Shown: positions 37,989 through 50,474 of the stretch, piece by piece | How the letters are laid out: each line of letters opens with the position of its first letter | How positions within the stretch are numbered: the stretch's first letter is position 1 | Assembly (NCBI GenBank): GCA_030390025.1 | Contig: CM059433.1 | Location: 13,518,001 to 13,582,000 of the forward strand | DNA length: 64,000 nt | Direction: 5' to 3' | From: Squalus acanthias | Taxonomy: Eukaryota | Notes under the pieces: model-generated | Seen by the model: the letters and a program-made list of their open reading frames with translations, nothing else | Databases searched by the model: none | What the model was told of the DNA's origin: nothing | Program-made: the position numbers and the translations under genes

Positions 37989-38143
37989 CAAGTTGAATTG
38001 GAAAAGGATAGAAAAATTCTGTGGGCTATTATGCTAAGCATACTCCCCAAAACAATTTTGGGGCTTAAACTAAACTAAATGTTTTACTGGATTGCAAATT
38101 CCCTTTGTTATTTCCTTGTGTCACAGTTTATTTTGATGAAATC

Positions 38144-39875
38144 TGTAGCACCAGCTTACTGGCCATTTTTATGAATCATATTTTATATCCAAAACCCCAA
38201 GACAGAACTGTACTGTTGAGCAAGCTTGTGGGAGTGGTTTAGGATTGCCAGCCAGGCTAACCTGACTAAGGTGCATTCATATGCAAACGGGCATCTCACA
38301 CTGACGTCATCACCATCTAACATGATTACTGGGAACAATACCCCGAGAGGTAACTCAGAGACACTGGACTGGATTTTCATTGACCCGTGGAGGCGGGTTT
38401 GGAGGCGTGTGGGGGGGGTTAAAATTGCGAAAACTGGCAGGCGGGCACAAGTCCGCCTCCATCTCGCCTCCACGCAATTTTCATGAAATCGTGTCTGCTG
38501 GTCCCGACTCCGTCCCGCCTTTAAGAGGCGGGATAGGCTGTTAAGGCCCTTAACAAGCACTAAATTGGCTCTATAATGCCATTTTGAAAGGCCTTTGTGA
38601 TTTTAACCCTTGTTGCATGTGAAGCACGCCTGTTCTGAACCATGATTGTGAAACCTGGCGCTAACACATTTCGAAAGCTGACTATCAGCTGCAGGTCCAC
38701 TATTACAACGGAGAAGTAGTAGTAGGAAAAATATCTGGGAGCAGACGGATGCTGCTGCTCATTTTATCTTCAGGTCCTCTCACAGCAAAGGCCAGGCAGT
38801 CTCTGAAGACCTTCAATGCAGCAGCAATGATGACATCATCAGAGACGACTTTCAGACTGAAAACACTAATTGGTTCATGGGTTCCCACATGCTGGAACTC
38901 AATTGCCCAATTCGGTGAAAATTGCATCAATCTCCCACATCCAATTGCAGTCGGGTGGATAACACGAAAAGTGGATGACACGACCCCAACCCGCCCCAGT
39001 ATCAAAATCCAGCCCACTATCAATAAAACACAGTCCCAACTGAAACTGGTGGAAGGCAGGAGATGGCCAGGCCATTATCTTCCAGGAGATAAGCCAGTTA
39101 AGCAAGTTCGGTTTGAGATTGAAACCCATTACCTGCTAATGGGGGCCATCAACTCAGGAAACGACAGACATCGAATATAATTTTTCACAAAGATTTCAAA
39201 GGTCATGAGTCACTCCAGGCCACAGGGGGGTCCAGACAGATCACTTGAGTCAATACATCGATTAGTATTGGCAGGAGGAAAAGGCGATGGGTTTTGGGTA
39301 TATCAGGAGTCGTTCAGGGGCTGCTTTTTCTTCTCCTCGGCATCAGTCTACAGCGAGTCTCCCGAGTGAGGCTCGGCTCGGCGGAACACCGGCAGAAGCT
39401 GAGCGCTGCTCTTCATCCCTCATCAACGGACCTCGACTCAAACTGGAACTTGGATACTGCGTCGGCGGTACGGAACCAGGAGCGAGACGCACAGGAAGAA
39501 GCTGCAAGCAAGAGAACGGGCAATCGGGGTGAGCATATTGCCTGTGCCTGCACATCCACAAGACCACTTAACTGTTTGAGCGGGTGATTGTAAGTCCCAA
39601 CCAAATCTTAGAGGGGTTTAGTGCTGGGGTCCTGTGTTGGTTTATTTCACGGGAGGGTTCTTTTATTAGACCGTGGTAATTTAGCACTGTATGGCTTGTT
39701 GGACAAGCCAGGGTTGTATTGTTTTGTACTGTTATGAGTGTTATTGTTAATCCTATTAAACACAATACGGTTGAGCTCAAACGGGTGTCCGAGTCTGATC
39801 TGTCCATATAATCCTTATCGTCCAGAACTTGTAGTAAGAGGTGTGTTTTCGGTGCGCCCGAGAAAACCATTTACA
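38144..39875 (+). mobile_element. Solo LTR (about 1.08 kb after removing the MITE), Gypsy-like
   Basis: TGTA...TACA termini, 4-bp TSD AATC, ATTAAA at about 39755. Confidence 0.8.
38366..39015. mobile_element. Harbinger MITE family H1 (650 bp)
   Basis: GGACTGGATTTT...AAAATCCAGCCC termini, TSD ACT. Confidence 0.88.
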
Positions 39876-41396
39876 AATCTAATGGTCCCCATTCTTGACT
39901 GAAGCATAGAGTGGGAGATACTCTATTATGCGTTGTACTTTTACTTTCATTAAAGCAGTCTGACACAGGTGACATATCTTTTTTATTGTAGTTAAGGATT
40001 CTCTTTTAATGCGCATATGTAGACTGATTGATACTTGCTTAATTAACAACGTTGCCAGAAAAGCAATTAGCATTCAAATTTTTGGGCCCAGGTACTGTGA
40101 CTGGCAGCACAGTAGAAATTACAATGATCTATCTGAATTCACAAAGTTAAAATAGTCTTTCAGGAGCTGTCTGCTGAGCCTAATGAAATGTATGCATTGC
40201 CTTTCAGTTAGATCCGTGTAATTCATACGTAAATTATGTTTGAAGAGTAATGCAACCTCTTCCTGGCTTGTTCATCATCATTTTCTTGGCATGTGCGGTT
40301 CCTGTTGTTTGAGTGATTTGAATGGGATGTCTTTCTGTGAGCACTTTTACAGTGTTCTTCCATTATTGAGGCCAACTTCATCTTGGACTACGTACCATCA
40401 AGCATTATTTATCATTGAAAAACCACACAATAGTGTTACTTCTATCATTTACCCCACTAATTATGCACTCAATTGGTTCTTAATCACTCTGGCACAAAGC
40501 ATTATCAGCAGTGATTAGCGTCCTGGAAACTCTAAGCTGGCAGTGAATATGTTACATGCAAATTTATAGACTACATTTAAATCCAACCCATGATGATTAA
40601 AGAGGGAGTCCTGCAGCTCTGAATGAATTAGGATTTAATTTCACATACTTTTAGACGGTTAGCCTGTGTTTTTCTGTGAATGTTTTTGCTTAAACTGTGA
40701 GCACTGATGGCTTAATTGGCAGTATTGGAAAAAAAGCAGTTGTCAAACTGGACAGTTGCAGGGTGTTAAATTAACACCCACACATGTAAAAATGACAAGA
40801 TCATTGAAGAGGCTTGACTCAAAGGCTGCGTCTAATGATATTAGTTCTGTTTCCTCACATGGTCAGGTTTGCAATGTGTACCAGGCAGTTTCTCCAATAA
40901 TACTGAAACAAAATAGCAAAGGCAAAACAGGATAGGCTAAACAGGAGGAATACCAGCTCAATTAATTGATTTTTTAGTACGATTTGTTAATTCGGTTTCC
41001 TCTAAAATTATGAGGAGACTTTCTCTATTTGAGCTTTCCTAGTTTCATTTAAATCTGAGTTTTACAGCACAAAACCTGATAGAATTTGTCACGACTTGTC
41101 ACTAGACTTAACAAGGGAACTGGAAAAATAGCACTGGTATAGTGAGGGTGCTGTTCTGAGGCTGTAACTAAGATATACTGTTGGCAAGAGTAGAGATAGT
41201 TTTATTCTGTACTTTGCCTCACCCATATCTCCCCCATTGATATTGATAAGTACCAAAAGTAAGAAAAGTGTGGCATCCCAATCCTGATGTGCCTCATTCT
41301 GATGAGTAAAAATAACACCCAGAGCCCCTATTGTCAACCATGGCTACAATTGGCCTTTTGCTGCGTCTGTGGGTAAGCACAAATAATCTCTTTTTT

Positions 41397-42192
41397 AATT
41401 CGTTTTTATGGGATGTGGGTGTCACTGGCAAGGCTAGCATTTATTGCCCATCCCTAGTTGCCCTTGAGAAGGTGGGGGTGAGCCGCCTTCTTGAACCGCT
41501 GCAGTCCATGAGGTGAAGGTACTACCACAGTGCTGTCAGGGAGGGAGTTCCAGGATTTTGACCCAGCGATGATGAAGGATTGGCGATATACTTCTACGTC
41601 AGGATGGTGTGTGACTTGGAGGGGAACTTGGAGGTGGTGGTGTTCCCATGCGCCTGCTGCCCTTGTCCTTCTAGGTGGAAGAGGTTGCGGGTTTGGGAGG
41701 TGCTGCCGAAGAAGCTTTGGCAAGTTGCTGCAGTGCTCTTCTCTCTTAGGCAGTCCCTCGGAACCGAGGATGACTTGCTTCCACATTAAAAATGAGTTCT
41801 CAGGTGACTGATGAGTCCAATGCGGGACTTACAGTCTCTGTCACAGGTGGGGCAGACGGTGGTTGAAGGGGCAGGTGGGTGGGGTGCTTGGGTTGACGTG
41901 TGCTCCTTGTGCTGCCTGCGCTTGGCTTCCGCTTGCTCCCGGCGAAGAGACTTGAGGTGTTCGGCGCCTTCCCGGATGCTTCTCCTCCACTCCACTGCAG
42001 TGCATCTTGTAGATGGTACACACTGCAGCCATGGTACGCCAGTGGTGGAGGAAGTGAATATTTAAGATGGTGGATGGGATGCCAATCAAGTGGGCTGCTT
42101 TGTCTCGGATGGTGTTGAGCTTCTTGAGTGTTGTTGGAGCTGCACTCATCCAGGCAAGTGGAGAGTATTCCATCACACTCCTTACTTGTGTC
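41397..42192 (-). mobile_element. CR1/L2-group LINE 3' fragment (family of 29485-31160), interrupted by an RTE
   Basis: Collinear with 29485-30000. Confidence 0.85.
41737..41994 (-). mobile_element. RTE-clade LINE 3' fragment
   Basis: WRRSIREG..CPTCDRDCKSRIGLISHLRTH (RTE C-terminal CCHH finger); 9-bp TSD CTGCAGTGC. Confidence 0.85.
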
Positions 42193-42258
42193 TTTTCATA
42201 TAGTATTTTAAAAGATTCATAGTACCTAGGGGATTTCCTTAAAAACATTAATGCAAGC

Positions 42259-43162
42259 TGTAAGGGTAAACCGGGAGAGCTTCCTCTCCCCGAGACGGAC
42301 CCTCTGATATAAAGGGTCGATGTCCGCCTTATTCCCAATCAATCGCTCGGAGTCCGGAGGTTCGTTCAGTAAATCAACTTTAATACACGCCGACAGGGGA
42401 GTCACTCATCCACGGACGAATGCTCCCCGATCGTTAAAACTCCTCTACCTTATATACAGTTTCTGTTCTAAGTTGTGGCTATTGTCCCACAATTATTTAC
42501 ATTACATACAGTTGGTTCCGAGTGCAAAATACAGGAAACTCTTTCGTATCCGGCACCGACGGGACCGGGATGGTGCCGGTTGATTAAAAATTCCGGATAA
42601 CGGAGAGGTATACCTACCGAGGCTATTTTTAACAAACAAAAATAAAAAAATCAAGAAATGTGCAGTATAATTGGGTACTCCCCTACAGAATGTTGTGTTA
42701 AATGGATGGTGGAAGATGCTTGATTAAGTACAGTAATGCCAGTTGAGGGTAATCCATAACTCTTTAATTACTTAACAGTAAAACAAAACTTATAAATGAC
42801 TGTATACTGTAGTTTTCGGAGTATGAATTCTGCCGGTTATTAGAGAATTCCGGATATTTAGGTGCCGTTTAAACGAGAGTTTCCTGTAGTTGGTTTCGGG
42901 TACAAAATAGTTGGTCTCGGGTCCAACTTCTTGCAGTTCATGTGCACATTAATCTGGCAACTCCAAGGTTAAATTCAAGTAAATCCAATTAAAACTGCTT
43001 TGAAAGATTTCACCATAGCCACCGGGACTCCAAGGTTATTTCTAATATTTTACTCAATTAGTGATTTGTAGTGTGTAGCCTTGACCACGTTACATCATTC
43101 TTCCCTCTTTTAAACTTGTTCATAACCACTCTTTTTATATTTTAGCTCTTTTAACCCTTTCA
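42259..43162 (-). mobile_element. Probable solo LTR (ERV/Gypsy-like), interrupted by a pogo-like MITE
   Basis: TGTAAGGG...CCCTTTCA termini, flanks CAAGC/CAATC, minus-strand TATATAA and ATTAAA. Confidence 0.6.
42532..42886. mobile_element. Tc1/mariner (pogo/Tigger-like) MITE
   Basis: TA TSD; about 26-bp imperfect TIRs CAGGAAACTCT..CGGCACC. Confidence 0.85.
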
Positions 43163-43245
43163 CAATCATACCTGCAGGAACTTTCTCTGTGATTTAGCTA
43201 CAATTATTCAATCTAAATTAAATCCTGTTCTATTTAAATATTATG

Positions 43246-44856
43246 CAGTAGAGCTTCTGCTTCTGGCGCAAACTGCGCGCAAAATTGTGCTAATTTTCTG
43301 ATGTTGCTCCAGCTTCCGCTCAAACCTATTTGCACATCGGCGCACATAAGATCTTCCATGAACCAGCGCAATCGGGCTGCATTTTAGAACGTACATTTTT
43401 AAACCATTTTGCATTAAAATATATTCCTTGATATATTTAAGCGTGGTAACCTGGCGCAGTTTGATTATTACAGCAGAAAAAGAGTTCATCACAAAAAATA
43501 AAACATTTTAAAATCCGAGGGGTAAAAATTCACTTGGTTGCGCCACCCGTTAGCGCCTTAAGAGGGCGCTAATGGGGCGCAAAGCCGCTAACGCCCGGGC
43601 GCAGCGATGTTTGCGCCGCTCGAGAACTTAACTTGAGATTGTGCGGCGGCGCTAAAACTTACCGCTGCGACCACATGCGCGCGCAGATTGTGACGTCATT
43701 CCATGGTGCAACGCCCTTGGGGCGCCCCGTAGCAGAAATTGAGTGGCGCCCCCTGCCTTACCGCCTGGCGCTTCCAACGACCAGAAGACTGGAACGCTAT
43801 CAATCGCTGTGGGGCTGGGGGGGGCGCTATTTAAAGGGGTCCTCTTCCTGTCTTTTATTGTTGGTGGCATTTTTGAACTACGCATTCTGAGAGAGAGAGG
43901 GAGAGACTTCTGGAGAGATTCAACGTTGTGTGAAGGAGTTTTGGGTACTGAGCAGCACTTTGCAGGTTCATTTTGATTTGCCATTCCTTGTATCGATTTA
44001 GCAGAGACCGTGGGAGCTGCACTCTGAGCTCTTTGCCTGGTGCTCTCCATTGTTCTTTCCAGCACATTTGATGTGCAAGTCTCTCCAGGCTGAGATTCAA
44101 GGCAGCAATGAACAGGATGTGGATGGAAAGCAAGATTAACCATCCCCTTTAAGAACTGGCCCGTGCCATTGTGTGTGTGTTCCATTGCTGACTGACATTA
44201 CATGAGCTTCGCCAGCGCTCCGAGTTAGCGCCTCACTGCTCGGCCTTTGCGCCTTAAGAGAGGTGTGCAGCGCCTGCTTTAGCGCTCCACTCACCTCCCG
44301 GGGCGGTAAAAGTGAAGTTTCCCGTCAGTGCCGATAATTAGCGCCAGGCGCTAATATTTGCGTCCGGACGATATTTGCGCCCCAAATGGGGCGCGACCTA
44401 ATTTCTACCCCCGAGTGTCTAGTCCACCACCTGTGAGTAACCCGAAATTAAATAACTGAAAATGACGTTATAAAAATAGATAGAACCATTTATCCATTTC
44501 ATTGGTGTGCAATAGTCAGTTTCTTAGTAAATAAAAAAAAAGTATTTAAAAGCTTTTAAAACGTGCCTGTTACTGCCCTTGCGCCTAAAAGGAAAAAGCT
44601 TAATTTTAAGAGCCTCCTCAAAGGCCCGTAAACAGGCGCAATTAACGGAAACTCGCCATGGTGATTAATATGATCTGGGGGCGTGGTCAGTTTTGTGGGC
44701 GGGGCCGGCTTTGAGCGCGATTTTTTTTTTAAACTAGTCTAAAAGATCACGGAAACTCGATTTGTGCTGGGTGTAATTTGCGCTTGAAATTCTGCGATCT
44801 TTTACGATGCTGGTTTGGTCGAATTTGGGTGAATTAATCGAGCGGAAATCCACCCC
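43246..44856. mobile_element. Older Harbinger-like MITE containing a nested MITE
   Basis: ATG flanks on both sides; right TIR gcggaaatccacccc; left TIR degenerate. Confidence 0.5.
43519..44411. mobile_element. Harbinger MITE (nested)
   Basis: GGGGTAAAAATT...AATTTCTACCCC termini, TSD CGA, many GCGCC subterminal motifs. Confidence 0.82.
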
Positions 44857-45959
44857 ATGATTTTATTTTTAGGTGTAATTTCAGAATGACTGTAGAATTA
44901 AGAAAAATAAAGAACTGTAATAGGTTTTTAACTTTTTAGTGAAATAGGATAAGACTGCACTGCGAACATGTATAATACCCTAACTTAATAAATCCAATCA
45001 TTTGGCAGCAAAGTACAGTATGTCCTGATAATAACTGAAAAGCTAAAGCAGTGAATTCAAGCTGAGATGAGTGCCAAAAATAGATAAATGTCTTGAGCAT
45101 ATTAAAAAATGTTGAAACGCATATCAATGACTTGCAGATGAAAATGGACAAGATATGTGATGAGTTGTGGACAGCCTGTAGATTGAAATAGATGAGCTAC
45201 ATGCTGATTTACAGACAAAGCCAGCTGAGTTATGTACTCGCTTATATAACGGAGCAAGAAGGGAGATTGGAGGAATTAAAGCAGGAAATACATCTAACAA
45301 AGTCTGAGTGAGCCAACAAGAGTGGTGAATGTGAACAATACTGGGGCCTGTCACCTCCCCACAGAAGGGCATCAGGAGACTCACTGATGACGGAATACAT
45401 TAACAACATCAATCAATTTTATATTGCAATATTTGGGTCCATCGCTCAACCAGTGAATTAGAGAGGCACCAGCCTGTCAATATCCTAAATCAGTGAAGTC
45501 AGTACCGCTTGCATTGATGCAAGATAAATTTGAGATTGGGTCCAGTTTTGGCAATTGAGCCCATCAAGGATCTAGAAGGCAGTCCATAAGTGTATTAATA
45601 CTGTCTTGAACTAATGGACTTTAACTTTCTTCCCATGGTGGGCCCCATGAATAAATAGTAAATATGTTACCAACCAAAATGCCTACTTTTTCATATCCAA
45701 CAAAATTGAGCCTTTAATGTCTTAACAACATGATTTCTTGCACTGTGATGTCAGTCTTTTTTGATTACAGACAAGAAAACTCCAGCAGTAATTTATCTCT
45801 CCAGTAAGTGTGTATTTGTTATGAATGTGTGGTAATCACCAAATAGGTCAAGATTACAAACCTTTTTTCGCAAATTTGGGTGGAAATTCCCATTGACAAG
45901 ATTGGCATAAATTTTGGTGTAATTTCAGCGTAAATGGGATCAAGAGAGTCCTGTGCCGA

Positions 45960-47440
45960 CGTCCTCCATACAAAACTGACGCTCCAATTGCTGTGCGAGA
46001 ATATTGGAACTACAGAGAAGATCCCCGCAAAGCAGATGGATTATTAGCAAGGAATGACAAACCAATCATTTTGATTTCAGTGAGGCAGGAGATGCTAAAA
46101 AGAGGTCACTCAGGACATCTTGGAATTGATGAATACACAGGAGAGGTTCTGCTTGGGAACATTCTGCCACACTAAAGATAAGGGCCCTGATAATAACTGC
46201 GAGGCGGGAAAGGAGCGGGGGCGGGGAGGGGGGGTGGGTTTGTGGTGGGGAGGAAGCAGGGGGGCAGGTTTGGTGGCCGGGAAACCTGGAAGTATTGGTT
46301 TTCTGCCGAATTTAAGGGCAGGTACACTTAAAAAATTTTTGAATGTGTTTCCCGGCCGCAATCAGCCAGATTGAGAGGCAGGCTGGCTGGCTGTCAGGCG
46401 GGAAGGCAGCCAGGGACCAGCGCAGAAGTAAGTCAGACATGTGGGTGGGGGGGATGGTGGGGGGGGTCGGCCATCGGGGGATGGGGGTGTTGGAGATCGG
46501 AAATCGGAGGGAGGTGAGTCAGACATCGGGAGTCCGATTGCGGGGGAAGGGTCCGATTGCGGGGCGGGAGGGTGTTGGCTGGTCGTGGGGAGGGAAGCAG
46601 GTAAGCACTCCCGCTCCTCCTGGCCCACAAGCAGTGCTGTAAAGGCACGTACCTGATGGATCTAACCCTTCTCACCGCCTTTTACCTGCCAGGTTTCCTG
46701 AGGCCTGGGAAAATCGGCCGGCAGGCATTAAAAGCAAAACACTTGATAAATTGGAGGCGCGCTGCCTTATTACAATATTTTACTGATGGACCCGCCTCCT
46801 GAAAGCAGGTTATTTGCCTGCCCTCCAACCCACCTCCGTTAAAACCACAAGAGGACACGATAGAGGCGGGTTGGGATTGGGTTCCAGATTTTTGAATTTT
46901 TAATTACCCTTCCTCCCCTGCCACTTGTTATAATTTCCCCCAAGGTGTCCAAGTGTGAGATCTATCAACAGCACAGGAAGCTTCAATGGAAAGAAGTTCT
47001 CATTAATGGTGAAACGCCATGCCTAATGTATGTTAGGATACCATAAAACTACTGTTGGAGAATATGGTGATTCAGATCTAAAGGACCCTGCGCTAAACAA
47101 CTGCTCATGCCAAAGATGCATACAATGTCATTCAAAATCAGATAATAACTGAAAGCAACCTCAGTCGGCACGAGAAATCTCACTTTATTTTGTCACAATA
47201 TGCAGTGAATCGTAAACTTGTTCTTTTTAAATGCACTTACAGTGTCGCACCACACAGGAACCAGAAAAAATTCTCCCCCCCCCCCCCGCCTCAGTGTGTG
47301 CGATACTGTTTGAATACAAAATCACACAGTTCGCAGATGGAATCCAGTCACTGTGAAGGGAAAGCCAGATAGTCGTCACTGTAGAAACACTGGATGGCAC
47401 AGTACTCTGATTATCCCAATGGAAACTAAAGAGAAGATAA
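45960..47440 (+). pseudogene. Ancient Gypsy pol (integrase) remnant, interrupted by a MITE
   Basis: YWNYRED..DGLL..RQEMLKRGHSGHLGI (HHCC region); VSKCEI after the MITE; VETLDGTVL near 47385. Confidence 0.7.
46182..46941. mobile_element. Harbinger MITE (related to 8553-9675, opposite orientation)
   Basis: Shared subterminal blocks (ccgttaaaacc..ggcgggtt, gattgagaggc) and G/C-rich termini. Confidence 0.65.
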
Positions 47441-48315
47441 TGCATTGGGTATATGGAGCTAATTCCTCTGCTTCTGGAGTTGTTGCCAGTAATGCCACTA
47501 ATAAAATGAAATTTAGCACCATTGGTGCAATCTGGATGCAGTTTAAGATCTCTGCTGGTTGATAATTTAACTCCCTGATTTAAAACGCCCCGGGGGGATA
47601 TTAGACACCTATTAAGTACCTTAAGAGCCCTAATAATTATAATAAAAGTTGTCATGACCACTGAAATAGTTGTAGACTGGGGAACAACAATCTTTACCCT
47701 AATGACAAGATAAACCTTTCCAAAGGCAGTTCACAGAGGCAAAAATAACCAGAACCTAGAAGTGGAGGGAGAAGGATTGGGGTGTTTAGCGAAAAATCAT
47801 CAAAGAGGGAGGTTTTTGAAGGAGGAGAGAGATGTAGCAAGAGGTAGCAAGGTTTAGGTAGAGTCTGTTAGAGTGCAGGCAAAAATGGCTGAAGTGGAAA
47901 GTAGAAAATAGAGAAGGAGGATGCAAAAGAACTCAGGATCAGAAAGGCAGAAAGGACATACAGGAACATGGGGCTGAATGAGGGTGAGGAGGAGAGGACA
48001 TACAGGAATGAGGTTAAGGAGTTGGGAGAGGTGAGGCCATGAGAGGATTTGCATGTAAAGGCAAGGATTTTGAAATTGATATATAATCAGATAGGGAGCT
48101 AGAGAAAGTTTTTGAGTACAAGGGTAGTGATGGTATGGGAGTTGGTGCAGAATAGGATATAGACAATGGAGTTATGGACAAATTGCTATTGTGAGAGGGA
48201 GAACACAGAAAACGATAAAGGCACAGGTAAGCATTTCAGGGCAGTGTGGGTTAGATAGGGGCATGAATGTGTAATGCTGCAGAAGTTGAACAAGGCATTT
48301 TTAGTCCAGGATTGA

Positions 48316-50474
48316 GGGCTATAAATTCATCCACTTACTGCCACTCCATAGCGCCATGAAATAGTGAAAAAATGGTGGCCAGTTGGTGGCGGGTCCAGCA
48401 GCGGCCGCCATTTTCCTCCCTCCCTTTGCGCTGCCGGTAACTGGCAGCGCCCTGGAAAAAAAATGGTGGCGTGGTGATGTCAATTGCCGTGCAACGCCGA
48501 CTTAATGTCACCACTCCGAATTTTGACCCGAGCGCTGAATTCAGCGCTGGATCCTAAGCACGCTAGGTAAACCTGGCATGCCAGCAGGCTGACAGTGGCG
48601 ATGTCAGCACCTCTTAAAGGGACACACACATCATTCAGGTAAGTTTGGATTTAAGCGTTTGGACTGGGTTTTTTGATTTAATTGAAGTGGTGGCTTGCTG
48701 CAATAGATGTGAAAAGCTTTTAAGTGTGTAGGGAGTGCTGCTGGATGCTTGCAAGGCCTTGTATGGTAAAGGAAGGCCTCTGAGAAGACAGAAAATGCTG
48801 CAAATACTCAGCAAGTCAGGCAACATCTGTGGAGAGAGAAACCGAGTTCACGTCTCAGGTCGAGCTGCTGCCTGACCTGCTGAGTATTTCCAGTATTTTA
48901 TGCTGTCATTTCAGATTTACAGCATCAGCTCACAGAGGGAAGAGGAAGAGACAGAAGAGGAAGAAGCCGAAGATGAAGCAGAAGGAAGGATGGAACCCAG
49001 ACAGCCCCTTCTGGCCGGGATAGCCGGGATGGAATCATCCACTTGTGGTACCAGTGACCACAACCCCAATTCCCCTATCCATATTTGTCCCACACCTTAC
49101 CTTCCCTCTGCTACTGACCATCACAGCGTCCTCTTGGCCACAATGCTGAAATGAAAGCCGCCACAAAGCAAACTTTCCAATCCAACTTTATACATCTAAC
49201 CATCCAATATGACATCAAGAAATCAACTCATCTCTTAGTGAGTGTCTTGTGCGTGCCTTTGCCTATCCTACTGATGTCACGCAGTGCTCCCCTAGTGCCT
49301 GCAGCATGGCTGGTGGAAGGCTGCTGACTTTCAGTGGGAGACACAGCAAATGGTCTTGCTGGTCGACCTTGAGCAGCTGCTGGCTGGGAGTGTGAAATCG
49401 AGTGATGGTGTTTCTGTTTCTTCTTCTTCTTCTTCTTCTTCTTCTCCCTTTTCTTCTTCTCCCTCTTCTTGGTCAACCACTAGCTGGGCCGGCTGGATTT
49501 CTTGGGTGTGTGAAATGAGGAAGGTACAAAGGTGGAGTTGTGGTGAGGGGTGGGTGGGAAAGCATGAAGTGCATGCCAGAGGAGGATAACGTATGAGGAT
49601 ATGAGCATCTTGTATCCTTTCAGCCCTGCCGCTGGCCAAGGGCTCAGCCATGCCCCAGCCAAGAATGGCCTGCACCGTCTCCTCCAAGGGGGTGAGGTGA
49701 GGCTAGGAATGGGAGATGTGCCTTGTCATTGGTGCAGATTGTTGGTAGGTGAGTGATTGGGGGTGGGGGTCATGCATTGAGCAGTGTGTGAGGCTAGTGG
49801 TGCAGTTGGTAGGAGATGACTTTTGAAGATGTATTCACTGACCTTGACCAGTGGTCTGAGGTCATGAAGCTTCTTTTGGCACCAGGTAGTGGGGGCGACA
49901 CTGCTGGCAGTGACGGCCTTGGTGATGTAATCCCACATCCTTCATTCTGGAGGGCCTCCTGGCCCCTGTGGGTATAGGACCTGTCTTGTTGATCCCCTGC
50001 ACAAAGCTGGAGTGCTGCGTGTGAGACCCTGGGTGCCCCTTCTCTGGCTTGCTGAGTCATTTGTGTTAGTGCTGAAGCAGTTTTCGCATTTTTTGAGGTT
50101 CAGAAGGGAATTCAGCTGAATAATCACCTTTGGGACTTCTTTTTAATGTTACATTTTTTTGAAAGGCAGTAAGGGCTGAAAACTTCATTTTAATTTGTAT
50201 TAGTTCTGAGTGCATTGCCCCTTTAATTCATAGCCATTTTAATTGCCCACAATTCCTTGCGAGCTCCACAGCCTCGCTCCCAGAGGTTGTGCGATGCTCA
50301 AACGCCACTTCAGGACAGGAACTTCACCTCGGAGGTCTCCACTAACGCCATTGCATGGAAGGTTAGCGCTGCGCCACCAATCTCCAACCCCCCTGCCCCC
50401 CAGACGAATTTATTCCCCTTAGCGTTGCAGCCATTTTCAGCAGCAACATTCATGACGAATATGAATTTCTAACC
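48316..50474. mobile_element. Harbinger deletion derivative: transposase 3' remnant (+) and Myb-like gene remnant (-)
   Basis: GGCTATAAATTC...GAATTTCTAACC termini; REGAPRVSHAAL..WDYITKAV..WCQKKLHDL; homologous to 19400-23434. Confidence 0.68.
48786..48928. mobile_element. Short degenerate Penelope P1 fold-back fragment
   Basis: aaaatgctgcaaatactcagcaagtcaggcaaca...tgctgcctgacctgctgagtatttccagtatttt inverted pair. Confidence 0.65.

Noticed and set aside
45130..45400. Coiled-coil-like coding fragment
   Set aside because: Multiple stops in the frames examined; probably an old TE remnant that cannot be assigned
49331..49687. Poly-Glu/poly-Lys ORFs (also at 19395-19729)
   Set aside because: (GAA)n-like tracts within Harbinger partner-gene remnants, not host genes
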